54,854 bases of DNA from a virus (taxonomy: Duplodnaviria; Caudoviricetes): IMG/VR virus record IMGVR_UViG_3300048066_000293, positions 1 to 54,854 of that record; one strand, given 5' to 3'. The notes beneath the pieces are model-generated. The model made no database searches. It had not been told where the DNA came from and was given only the letters and a program-made list of their open reading frames with translations. The position numbers and the translations under genes are program-made. Below, piece by piece: positions 35,648-45,800 of the stretch. Within the stretch, counting starts at the first letter, position 1. Every line of letters starts with the position of its first letter.

Positions 35648-37279
35648 GTGGCTGTTGTTCAAATATCAAGAATACAAGTTCGTAGAGGACAAAAGAATCA
35701 AGGTACAGGTTTACCGCAATTAGCAAGCGGCGAACTTGGATGGGCTGTTGATACACAAGAACTGTTTATTGGAAATGGTGCAGTATCAGAAGGCTCGCCA
35801 TATGTAGGCAACACAAAACTGCTAAGTGAGCATGATAACTTATTCGAGTTTGCAAACACATATACGTATAGAAAAGATTTAAATATTACGACAGGCACAT
35901 CTACTAACGCACCTGTATTAAGAACTCTGCAAGCTAGATTAGATGATAGAGTAAGCATACGTTCTTTTGGAGCTTCGGGTGACGGATCAGATCAAACAAC
36001 ATCTCTTCAACGAGCAATTGATCAGTTATTTTTAAATCCATCAAACAAAGGCACTTCGCAGTCTAGAGTAGTTTTGCATATTGAAGCAGGCACGTATACA
36101 CTATCTGATTCATTACACTTACCCCCGTACTGTACTATACAAGGTGCAGGCGCTGATAAAACAATCTTTATATCAGGTGCATTTCCAGCATTTAAAACAG
36201 TAAACGATACAAGTATTCCGGGCACTCCTGCACCTGATTCAACTAGTACAACACTAAATCAAGCAAGAAATATTACATTAGACGGTTTAAGTATTCAATC
36301 AACAGCAGGCGCAGGACTTGCGTTACAAAGTTGTGTTGACAGTGTCTTTAGTAACATAAAAATTACTGGTTCATATAGTTTAGGTGATGCAGTAGATGGC
36401 ACAGTAAACGGAATTGAACTAACAGCTCTTAGCACAACAGTTAATACAAAAAGGAATACATTTACTAATGTTAATGTTGAAGGCTTTGTAACAGCAGTTA
36501 AATCTAATAATGATATTATCGATAACGTTTGGCAAAACTGTGAGTTTAAAACATTGTGGCAAGGTTTTGCATTTGGACTCGATACTATATTAGGTGTTGA
36601 CGGACAATTAACAGGACCAATCAATAACTTAATTACAAAATGTAAATTTGATAGCATCTACCAATCTGCAATTAAAATTGTTGCTGGCAAGGAGAATCAA
36701 AGTCTTAACAATAAATTTTATAGAGTTGGTAATGAAGCAGGCACAGATATTAACATAACTCATCCTGTCATTGATTTTACTAATTCGTATAACTCCTCAA
36801 AAGGAGATTGGTTCGAACGAACAGACATCTTAGCTAATAACCGTACACCGGCTTGGGCACAAGATGATACATATGTAGAGTGGACAACGATGCAATATGT
36901 ACCAGAAGTAAAAGGTCCAGTTATTACTGACCTAGACTACACACATCAACTGTCAATCGGGCAGTTTAATGAGTTTACAAAATTATTTAAGCTACCTGCT
37001 GAAGGAATTCGTGCATTAGAGGTTGACTATTTGTATAAATCTGCTATAATACAAGCATACCGTTCGGGAAAGATGACTATTATTGTTGATCCTGTAAATG
37101 ACACGTACAATTTGTCCGATGATTTTGATTTTACAGGAACAGAAAGCGAAGCTGATAATTTGTCATTCGATGCTGAATATACTGTAGACGATGGAACAGC
37201 TACTATATCAATTAAGGCAAGAAACACTACGCCTAGTGATGTTGGAGAGTTTCATTATAAATTAAAAACAAAAGCATGA
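35648..37279 (+). CDS. Virion structural protein with a pectate-lyase-like beta-helix
   Basis: VQISRIQVRRG...LPQLASGELGW N-terminus; FGASGDG.DQT..LQRAI; AGTY. Confidence 0.8.
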   Translation: MAVVQISRIQVRRGQKNQGTGLPQLASGELGWAVDTQELFIGNGAVSEGSPYVGNTKLLSEHDNLFEFANTYTYRKDLNITTGTSTNAPVLRTLQARLDDRVSIRSFGASGDGSDQTTSLQRAIDQLFLNPSNKGTSQSRVVLHIEAGTYTLSDSLHLPPYCTIQGAGADKTIFISGAFPAFKTVNDTSIPGTPAPDSTSTTLNQARNITLDGLSIQSTAGAGLALQSCVDSVFSNIKITGSYSLGDAVDGTVNGIELTALSTTVNTKRNTFTNVNVEGFVTAVKSNNDIIDNVWQNCEFKTLWQGFAFGLDTILGVDGQLTGPINNLITKCKFDSIYQSAIKIVAGKENQSLNNKFYRVGNEAGTDINITHPVIDFTNSYNSSKGDWFERTDILANNRTPAWAQDDTYVEWTTMQYVPEVKGPVITDLDYTHQLSIGQFNEFTKLFKLPAEGIRALEVDYLYKSAIIQAYRSGKMTIIVDPVNDTYNLSDDFDFTGTESEADNLSFDAEYTVDDGTATISIKARNTTPSDVGEFHYKLKTKA

Positions 37280-37292
37280 TGTGTAAAAATTA

Positions 37293-37718
37293 ATGTTTGA
37301 CAAAAAATTTGAAGATAGAATGTCTCTCTGGCGTGAGTTTAGAGATATGTTAGAAATTTGCGAAGACCCTATACAAACCGCAATCGACTTCTATAATCAA
37401 GCACCATTAACTACACTTGCAATTGATCCATATACACAAAGTACATGGCCTGATCCTTGGCAACTATTAGAGGAAAATGTCTATTGTAAATTTGTAAAAA
37501 TCCTTGCAATATGTTACTCTTTACAGTTAACAGATCGTTTATCTACCTCGAATTTTGAGATAAACATAACACGCGACAACAAAAACTCAGACACTCATTA
37601 CCTACTAATGATAGATAATTTTGTTGTTGGATTCAACGGAGATTCCTATGTTCATAGAAAAGACTTACCACAAACCGTCTACTCTGAACTTGAATATAAG
37701 ATGCCTCCACTTCACTAA
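37293..37718 (+). CDS. Hypothetical protein
   Basis: 141 aa; WPDPWQLL.EN.YC. Confidence 0.75.
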   Translation: MFDKKFEDRMSLWREFRDMLEICEDPIQTAIDFYNQAPLTTLAIDPYTQSTWPDPWQLLEENVYCKFVKILAICYSLQLTDRLSTSNFEINITRDNKNSDTHYLLMIDNFVVGFNGDSYVHRKDLPQTVYSELEYKMPPLH

Positions 37719-37744
37719 ATATCAAATAACAAAGAGGAAAAGAA

Positions 37745-40048
37745 ATGTCTAATGGAACAATGATCGTCAAGCGTGACGGCACTAAAGAATCACTCAACAT
37801 TGATAAGATCCACAAAGTTGTGGAACATGCATGTGAAAACTTAGCCGGTGTGAGTTCAAGTCAAATTGAAATGAACGCCAATTTACAATTTTACGATGGC
37901 ATGAGTACTGCTGAGATTCAAGAAGTGTTAGTACGTAGCGCAAACGATCTTATTAGTTTAGACAATCCAAACTATCAATATGCGGCAGCACGTTTACTAT
38001 CTTATGGTGTAAACAAAATGGTCTTTGGCGAGTACAATGCTATTACATTACAGCAAAATATTAATAGTAATATTGAGCGTAAGGTATACGACCCAGCTAT
38101 ATTAGAGTCATACACAGCAGACGAGATTGCAACATTAGACAGTTACATTCGGCACAAGCGAGATGAGAACTTTACTTATGCTGGACTACGTCAAGTAGTT
38201 GACAAGTATCTATGTCAGGATCGTTCTACTGGAGAAATTTTTGAAACTCCTCAAATGATGTACATGATGATCGCAGCAACATTGTTTGCTAACTACCCAA
38301 AAGAAACACGTATGCATTACGTAAGGAGATACTATGATGCGACCTCATTATTTAAGATCAACATACCGACACCCGTTATGGCTGGTGTGCGTACCCCTGT
38401 TCGCCAGTTTGCTAGTTGTGTTCTTGTTGACAGTGACGATACTCTCGATAGTATTTTTGCCAGTGACATGGCTATTGGACGCTATACGGCCCAACGAGCA
38501 GGAATTGGCATCAATGCGGGAAGAATCAGAGGCGTTAATTCAAAAATTAGGGGCGGGGAAGTAGCACACACAGGTATTGTCCCGTTTCTAAAGAAGTTCG
38601 AGTCAACTGTACGTTGTTGTACACAAAACGGTGTACGTGGCGGCAGTGCTACAACACACTTCCCGTTTTGGCATCAAGAGATTGAAGACATCCTTGTGCT
38701 AAAGAACAACAAAGGCACAGAGGACAATAGAGTACGTAAGCTAGACTACAGCATACAATTAAACAAAACAATGTATGAAAGATTGTTATCCGGCGGAGAT
38801 ATAACCCTTTTCTCACCACACGATGTGCCTGGACTATATGAAGCATACTTTGGTGATGCAGACAAGTTCCAAGAGCTTTATGAAAAGTATGAACGTGCTA
38901 CAAGTATTAAAAAACGTTCTATACCAGCTATGGAATTGTTTTCTGCTCTAGTTAAAGAACGTGCAGAAACAGGACGCATTTATATTATGAATGTTGATCA
39001 TTGTAACACGCACAGTTCATTTAAAGATACAGTATACATGAGCAACTTGTGCCAAGAGATTACACTTCCAACAAAGCCTTTAACACACATTGATGATCCA
39101 GAAGGTGAAATTGCATTATGTATTTTGTCAGCAATTAACGTTGGCATTATTAGACAGTTAGACGACTTAGAAGAATTGTGCGATTTAGCAGTTAGAGCAT
39201 TAGAAGAAATTATTGATTATCAAAAGTATCCAATCAAGGCAGCTGAAATTAGCACAAAAGCAAGACGTTCATTAGGTATAGGCTACATTGGACTAGCGCA
39301 CTTCCTTGCTAAGAATAAAGTACAATATAGTGATAAAGAAGCATGGAAGTTAGTACATGACTTAACTGAAGCGTTCCAATACTATCTGCTTAAAGCCAGC
39401 AACAATTTAGCGCAGGAGAGAGGCGCATGTGATTACTTTGAGCGTACTAAATATGCAGACGGCATCCTTCCTATTGATACCTATAAGACAGATGTTGACA
39501 CAGTAGTGGAGAATAAATTAAATTATGATTGGGATAGCTTACGCAATGATATCAGGGAGCATGGCTTACGCCACTCGACCTTGTCCGCACAAATGCCATC
39601 GGAGAGCAGTTCTGTTGTGTCAAATGCCACAAACGGAATTGAACCACCTAGAGGCTACTTGTCCGTTAAGAAGTCAAAGAAAGGGCCTCTTAAGCAGATT
39701 GTTCCGCAGTATCAAACATTAAAAAATTATTATTCTTTGCTTTGGGATATGCCAAACAATGAAGGTTATATTAATGTTGTTGCAGTTATGCAGAAGTTTT
39801 TTGATCAAGCCATATCAGGAAATTGGAGTTATAATCCTACGCAGTTTGAAAATAATGAAGTACCAATGAGTGTAATGATAAAAGATTTGTTAAACACATA
39901 CAAGTATGGTTGGAAAACATCTTACTACCAGAACACTTACGATTACAAAACTGATCCAAGTGAATTAGAAGATGAACAGCCGAAGGTTGAATTACAACCT
40001 TCACAAATAACAGAAGATGACGAAGAGTGCGAGGCATGCGCTATTTAA
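37745..40048 (+). CDS. nrdA: Class Ia ribonucleotide reductase alpha subunit
   Basis: ATP cone (IVKRDG), PTPVMAG, SCVL, SNLCQEI, WKTSYY, C-terminal CEACAI. Confidence 0.98.
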   Translation: MSNGTMIVKRDGTKESLNIDKIHKVVEHACENLAGVSSSQIEMNANLQFYDGMSTAEIQEVLVRSANDLISLDNPNYQYAAARLLSYGVNKMVFGEYNAITLQQNINSNIERKVYDPAILESYTADEIATLDSYIRHKRDENFTYAGLRQVVDKYLCQDRSTGEIFETPQMMYMMIAATLFANYPKETRMHYVRRYYDATSLFKINIPTPVMAGVRTPVRQFASCVLVDSDDTLDSIFASDMAIGRYTAQRAGIGINAGRIRGVNSKIRGGEVAHTGIVPFLKKFESTVRCCTQNGVRGGSATTHFPFWHQEIEDILVLKNNKGTEDNRVRKLDYSIQLNKTMYERLLSGGDITLFSPHDVPGLYEAYFGDADKFQELYEKYERATSIKKRSIPAMELFSALVKERAETGRIYIMNVDHCNTHSSFKDTVYMSNLCQEITLPTKPLTHIDDPEGEIALCILSAINVGIIRQLDDLEELCDLAVRALEEIIDYQKYPIKAAEISTKARRSLGIGYIGLAHFLAKNKVQYSDKEAWKLVHDLTEAFQYYLLKASNNLAQERGACDYFERTKYADGILPIDTYKTDVDTVVENKLNYDWDSLRNDIREHGLRHSTLSAQMPSESSSVVSNATNGIEPPRGYLSVKKSKKGPLKQIVPQYQTLKNYYSLLWDMPNNEGYINVVAVMQKFFDQAISGNWSYNPTQFENNEVPMSVMIKDLLNTYKYGWKTSYYQNTYDYKTDPSELEDEQPKVELQPSQITEDDEECEACAI

Positions 40049-40113
40049 TGGTTGACAAAACCGCATAGAACTACTATACTGGTATAGTAAGACAGATATA
40101 CAGAGGAAAGCAA

Positions 40114-41217
40114 ATGGCAAAGACCGTTTTTAATAAAGAAAAAGTAGACTTCACCAAACAGAATATGTTCTTTGGTGCAGATCAAAATACACAGCGTTAT
40201 GATGTGTTTAAGTTCCCAGTATTTGATAAACTAAATCAAACTATGCTTGGATACTTTTGGCGCCCAGAAGAAGTAAGTCTACAAAAAGACAGAGCGGATT
40301 TTGCTAACTTCCGTCCAGAGCAGAAACATATCTTTACTGCTAATTTAAAATATCAAACACTGCTTGACAGTGTGCAAGGACGTGGACCGTGCCTAGCATT
40401 TTTGCCGCATGTTTCACTTCCGGAACTAGAAGGATGTATTGTTACTTGGGATTTCTTTGAAACAATTCACTCACGTAGTTATACACACATTATGAAGAAC
40501 GTGTATGCTGATCCTGCAGAAGTGTTTGATACTATTCTAGATGATAAGAAAATTATTGCACGAGCAGAAAGTGTAACTAAACACTACGATGCATTTAACG
40601 ATGCAGCTGATGCATATTTCCATCGTGGCGAAGGCAGCATGAAAGATGTAAAAAAGAAAATGTATCTTGCAATGCAAACTGTAAACATTTTAGAAGGCTT
40701 ACGTTTCTATGTAAGTTTTGCATGTACGTTTGGCTTCGGCGAACTAAAGCTAATGGAAGGCTCAGCTAAGATTATTAGTCTTATTGCTCGTGATGAAGCA
40801 CAACACCTAGCACTAAGCACACACGTATTGAAATTGTGGGCGCAAGGCAAAGACGATCCAGAGATGGCTAAGATTGCAAAAGAGTGCGAAGAAGAAGTTT
40901 ATGATCTGTGGCGCGAGTGTGTTGCAGAAGAAAAAGATTGGGCAGACTATCTGTTCAAAGACGGTTCTATGATTGGACTCAACAGCACATTATTACATCA
41001 ATATGTGGAGTACATTGCAAACCGTAGACTAAAGGCGCTGGGGTTCAATGCAATATTTGATCAACCAGTAAATACTAACCCTCTTCCTTGGACTACACAT
41101 TGGTTAAGTAGCTCAGGGCTACAAGTTGCTCCACAAGAGACAGAAGTAGAGTCTTATATTATTGGCGGCATCAAACAAGATGTAGACAAGGATTCATTGA
41201 AAGGCTTTTCATTATGA
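40114..41217 (+). CDS. nrdB: Class Ia ribonucleotide reductase beta subunit
   Basis: FWRPEEV, LDSVQGR, ETIHSRSY, EGLRFYVSF, RDEAQH, VAPQETE; promoter at 40052/40075. Confidence 0.98.
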   Translation: MAKTVFNKEKVDFTKQNMFFGADQNTQRYDVFKFPVFDKLNQTMLGYFWRPEEVSLQKDRADFANFRPEQKHIFTANLKYQTLLDSVQGRGPCLAFLPHVSLPELEGCIVTWDFFETIHSRSYTHIMKNVYADPAEVFDTILDDKKIIARAESVTKHYDAFNDAADAYFHRGEGSMKDVKKKMYLAMQTVNILEGLRFYVSFACTFGFGELKLMEGSAKIISLIARDEAQHLALSTHVLKLWAQGKDDPEMAKIAKECEEEVYDLWRECVAEEKDWADYLFKDGSMIGLNSTLLHQYVEYIANRRLKALGFNAIFDQPVNTNPLPWTTHWLSSSGLQVAPQETEVESYIIGGIKQDVDKDSLKGFSL

Positions 41218-41465
41218 TTGAAATTTACGGTAAGCCAGCATGTCCAAGTTGTACAAAGGCAAAGGCATTTTGTGAAAAGTATAATCTAAAATTTGAGTAC
41301 TATACACTGGACACAGATTTTACTCGTGAAGAATTGTTTGAACAGTTTCCTACAGCAAGAACATTTCCGCAAATTAAGATAAGCGGAACAAGTGTAGGCG
41401 GCTACGAGCAAATGATAGAATACATTGATAACACCGGATATAACGGAACAGGATACACTTTATAA
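41214..41465 (+). CDS. Glutaredoxin
   Basis: CPSC, TFPQI, VGGY; coupled to nrdB. Confidence 0.92.
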   Translation: MIEIYGKPACPSCTKAKAFCEKYNLKFEYYTLDTDFTREELFEQFPTARTFPQIKISGTSVGGYEQMIEYIDNTGYNGTGYTL

Positions 41466-41466
41466 T

Positions 41467-41757
41467 ATGTTAATTGAAACCCCATATAAAAACGGAGACA
41501 CCGTGTCTCTAAAACTAAGCTCAGGCGAAGAGATTGTTGCTCGTCTTGAAGATGAATCAGATACAAAATTTACACTACATAAACCTATGGTACTAGTTAT
41601 GCAACAGCAAGGACTAGGCCTAGCACCATACATGTACAGCGTATCACCTGATGCTAAATTTAATGTTTTAGCATCAACAGTAAGTTGTATTGCTAAAACA
41701 GAATCAGATATCGCAAAACAATACACTACGAGTACCAGCAATATTCAAATGGTCTAA
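41467..41757 (+). CDS. Sm/SH3-like hypothetical protein (start MLIETP)
   Basis: VSLKLSSGEEIVAR...L.KP. Confidence 0.7.
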   Translation: MLIETPYKNGDTVSLKLSSGEEIVARLEDESDTKFTLHKPMVLVMQQQGLGLAPYMYSVSPDAKFNVLASTVSCIAKTESDIAKQYTTSTSNIQMV

Positions 41758-41798
41758 AACCTCGGCTAAATATATAGTAATATAAAGCGAGGACTACC

Positions 41799-42887
41799 AT
41801 GGCTGCAAGACCCGGCAATATTTTTGAAGAAGCGACCGTTGAAGGTACTGGCCAAACCACGGTTAATCATACAGACATTGATACTGATCCGGGTAGTAGT
41901 CCTCCGGATCACGTTCATATTGACCATGATTTAGCACACCAAGCATGTCTTAGAGAAATAGCATCTATATTTGAAGATATACAATATGATATGCGTATCA
42001 TTGCAGATAGATTAGATACTGACACTAAAGGCGTGTATATGAGACAAGCAGATACCGTAGCTAACAACCCTGCAAATATTGCACAACATGCAATGAAAAT
42101 GGAAGCTCTTAAGAGTTCAGGGCAGTTAGATCAAATTAACGGAGAACTTGCAAATCCTACAAATTGGGTAAATGTAAATCCTACTACATATGCATCTGTG
42201 CAATCAGCAGGCGCTGCTATTGGCGGGTATCTAGGCGGAGTAGGAACTACACAAAACAAACCTACAGGTTACGGAGGAAAAGAAGTTGTTACAACTCCAG
42301 AAGGAACTATTGTTTCACTTCCTGATGCACCGTTTAGTGCGTTTTCAGTTAAGACAGGAAGTGCTACTGGCAAAGTTAAATATGGCAATGCTGGTACTTT
42401 TAGGTCTTTGCCTATACAACAAGAATTATACAGTATTATAGAAGGTGCAGCAGCAACAGCAAAAGTTGATGTTTTAATTACTAGCGGTGGACAAGTTCCA
42501 AAGAACCAAGGCGGAGTTAATCGTAAAAATAGAACAGGGTCTAACAGACACGACAAAGGCTACGGTGCTGATGTAGTACTCTACTTAGATAAGATGGGTG
42601 GCAAAGAACTATATGCAACTAATAAAGATGACCTTGAAATAATGTTAAATTTTGTCCAGGCTTGTGCGAATGCAGGCTGTACTGGTATTGGAATAGGACG
42701 AGGTTATATGAAAAATAGAGACATACATGTTGATATTGCTTGGAAGGGACAACAAGCCGGAAAAATCACAGGAATTCTTTCAAACAGATATTGGGGCGGA
42801 GGCGATTCAGAAGGACTCCCAACTAAAACAATTTATGCTCCGTTATACCTAGCAGACATAATGAAAACAAGGGATAATATAGGCTAA
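41799..42887 (+). CDS. Protein with a C-terminal peptidase M15 (Hedgehog/DD-peptidase fold) domain
   Basis: ITSG, SNRHDKGYGADV, GIGIG...IHVD. Confidence 0.75.
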   Translation: MAARPGNIFEEATVEGTGQTTVNHTDIDTDPGSSPPDHVHIDHDLAHQACLREIASIFEDIQYDMRIIADRLDTDTKGVYMRQADTVANNPANIAQHAMKMEALKSSGQLDQINGELANPTNWVNVNPTTYASVQSAGAAIGGYLGGVGTTQNKPTGYGGKEVVTTPEGTIVSLPDAPFSAFSVKTGSATGKVKYGNAGTFRSLPIQQELYSIIEGAAATAKVDVLITSGGQVPKNQGGVNRKNRTGSNRHDKGYGADVVLYLDKMGGKELYATNKDDLEIMLNFVQACANAGCTGIGIGRGYMKNRDIHVDIAWKGQQAGKITGILSNRYWGGGDSEGLPTKTIYAPLYLADIMKTRDNIG

Positions 42888-45800
42888 TGTCAGATCCGTA
42901 TAAGCATTTAGATTTAACACCAGAATATAATCGTATCATCACTGCTACTACTAATATTAGAGATGAAATTAGATTAATGCGCAAACGTTCAGAAAATCCA
43001 GACACAGGATTAGTTGCTAGTTGGGTAATGAACGATTTAGAAAAAGCACAGTTGGCAGTTTCATTAAGTGGTGCAAGTGGAAATAAAGCTGAAGAAGTAA
43101 GGAAACTAATAGAAACACCTGAGCCTTTGAACGGAGGTATAGGTGATCCTGCAGAAATGACAGGCGAAGACGGTATTCTTGGCGATGTTGATAAACAAAG
43201 AGAATATTATCTTGCAGCATTTGATCAAGAAATAGATCCTGAAGAAACAAGAGCTTTAATACGAGTAGACGGTAAATTTTATTGGGAAGCAGATGGCGGC
43301 GTATCTGAAGACGAAGGAGAAGTAGGACCTATTAAGCAAACTACTCCTTATGCTCTAGGAGAGTATATTGGTTATAAAAGTATGGATGCCCAGATTGGAT
43401 ATTCTACAGCACAACCTTCAAATGCTAAAAAAGGCCCTGGTAGAGTTGTAGATATTGCAGACAAAACACTACCTAACAAAAGATGGGCAGCACCTAGACC
43501 AGAATACAAATCATCATTAGATATTCCAAATCTTTTAGCTGATCTAATTAATCCAATTACTGGAGCTATTGTAGCAAAAAGTATTCTACAGCAAAAGCAA
43601 GAAGCTGTTAATGCAGCAGCATCACCTGCATCTGCTAATCCTTTACAATCTCTAGGTGCAACGGCTGCTAAAGAACTTGTTAAACAGTTGCCAGACTTTG
43701 CTGCAATGACTACTGATAGAGAATTTGGCCTTGGAAGCGGCTACGGTTTAGTAGCAGATGCTCCTGCATCTTTTAGAGGTGCACCTGACATGCTTCCATT
43801 TGTTGGGAGTACTATCGCTGATGAAGGCGGAGTACCTAGTTGGGTAGAATTTCCACAGTATCAATACGAAGGATACGGTGGAGGTCCATATCGTGTTTGT
43901 GAGTTTCCAAACTTCATGGGTCAAGGTCATACTGGTCCAATGAATTTTAATGCTGGAGTGCCAGTACCATATAACGGCAAAGTGTATAGTTATCCAATTC
44001 CTTTAGATGGCCAATTTGTTAATCACCGTTTTATACAACCTATATCACCTCCTGATAGTAATCCTGTAACCACTATGAGTTTAATCAATTTCAACCATGA
44101 CGCAAGCTATATTGCTTGGTTTAGTGCTACACCCGGAGGAGCCCCACACCCTTCAGCAGATGGTGTACCATTAGTTATGTTATTAGGACGAGTTGAGTTT
44201 ACATTGTCATACTACCAAGCGTTTAGTTTGACTGACAGAGATTTTGGACCTAAGAATATAGTTTTTCCAATTATAACAAAAACCTACTATTTTAACGTTG
44301 CACTTGTAAAAAATGAAACAGTACAACGTATTTGTAATTCTAGGGTAGGCGGTGTTCCGTCCCCTGCACCAAGAGCTCCTCGACCAGAAGAATTAGTTAG
44401 TTTTGATCCTACTGAAATATATGATGTCCGCGGGGATAGAATACCTATTATTGGTGGTAGCCAGAGTCATCCAAACAATAATCCTCCGCAACCAGAATCA
44501 GGCCCTAACTATGTTATAATGTTAATGGCTCCGAGAAGTAATCGGGCTAGAGAATCTCAGGGTCAGCCGTACAATGGAGTTTATGATCTTATGACATTCC
44601 AAGAATATGTTGATTTCTACGAAGTTGATACATCACCTGAGCTTCCTAGTGCGCCGCCGCCTACAGATGAATCCGGACAATCTCCATTTACAGATTTAAA
44701 AACATTAGTAGGTTCACCGGCACTTGGACAATTTACAAACGTTGCTTATAATGAAGAGATTATAGTACTAGCTGACGAAGCATTTCCAGATAGAGCGTTT
44801 ACAGCAATAAGAATTAATGAAAGTGAACTAGCTGATTTCTTTGGTCTAGAAACTTTTGAAGATGAAAACCTCTACCGTATGGACGACCTAAGTATTATTG
44901 ACAGCAAGTTTACAGCTTTTGGCGAAGCAAGATCATTTTTTGCAAAAAACTTTATACAAGGAAGAAGACACAAGTATAAGTTGAAGTATGCTTCTAATGG
45001 TGAAACTCCTAGCACATGGAAGGAAGAGCAATTTCAAGGCGAGAGATATGTTTCTGCTACAGGTACTCCGTATCGGCTGTTCTTTATAGAAACACTAACA
45101 ACTCCAAAGGATGGATCAACACCATCTTATCAACAAATTAATGATATTAGTATGGAGGGTAGTGACGGAACTGGTCTTGGTCCTAGTAGCTACAATGGAG
45201 CATATGATCAGCTGCCTTTCCAAAGTGCTCCTAATCCGTTTAATTACACAATAGCAGATAAAGTGGCGTTTAGTGATCCTAGCTGGATTGTGGGCACAAA
45301 GCCTTTTAATGGCAATAGCATATATGCCACTGACATCGAGTATGACAATAGATTTTCTATACCATTTACTTTACCTTATGTTGTGCCTAGTGACCCAAGC
45401 AATAAAGACAATTTAGAAACATATGGAACATTTCAAATAGGTTCAAATAGAGCATTTGTAGGTAGCACTGCGACTGGGAATAGGTTTGTAGGTATAGCTT
45501 GGATTTCAGAAACTCCAGGAGGAACACCAATTGCAACACCAAATGGTTCTACTTATACAGCTTTTTCAGCAGATGCTGGCCGGTTTGAAAGACTTTACTG
45601 GAGTGGCGATCCGGGAGTTTTCTCTGGTGCGTATGGAGGTGATACTTGGACCAATATATTAAACGCTGGAATTTGTAATACTCCGGGTGGAGAACTAAGA
45701 TTCTTTAACACTGCTTGGGTTGACATCTCTCTATTTAATAATAACGTAATCCTAACTGACGGAATAAAAGCGCAGCCAGGTACAAGTACGTTTGAATCTT

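Noticed and set aside
37745-41217. Intron or intein in nrdA/nrdB
   Set aside because: Both ORFs are uninterrupted and of normal length
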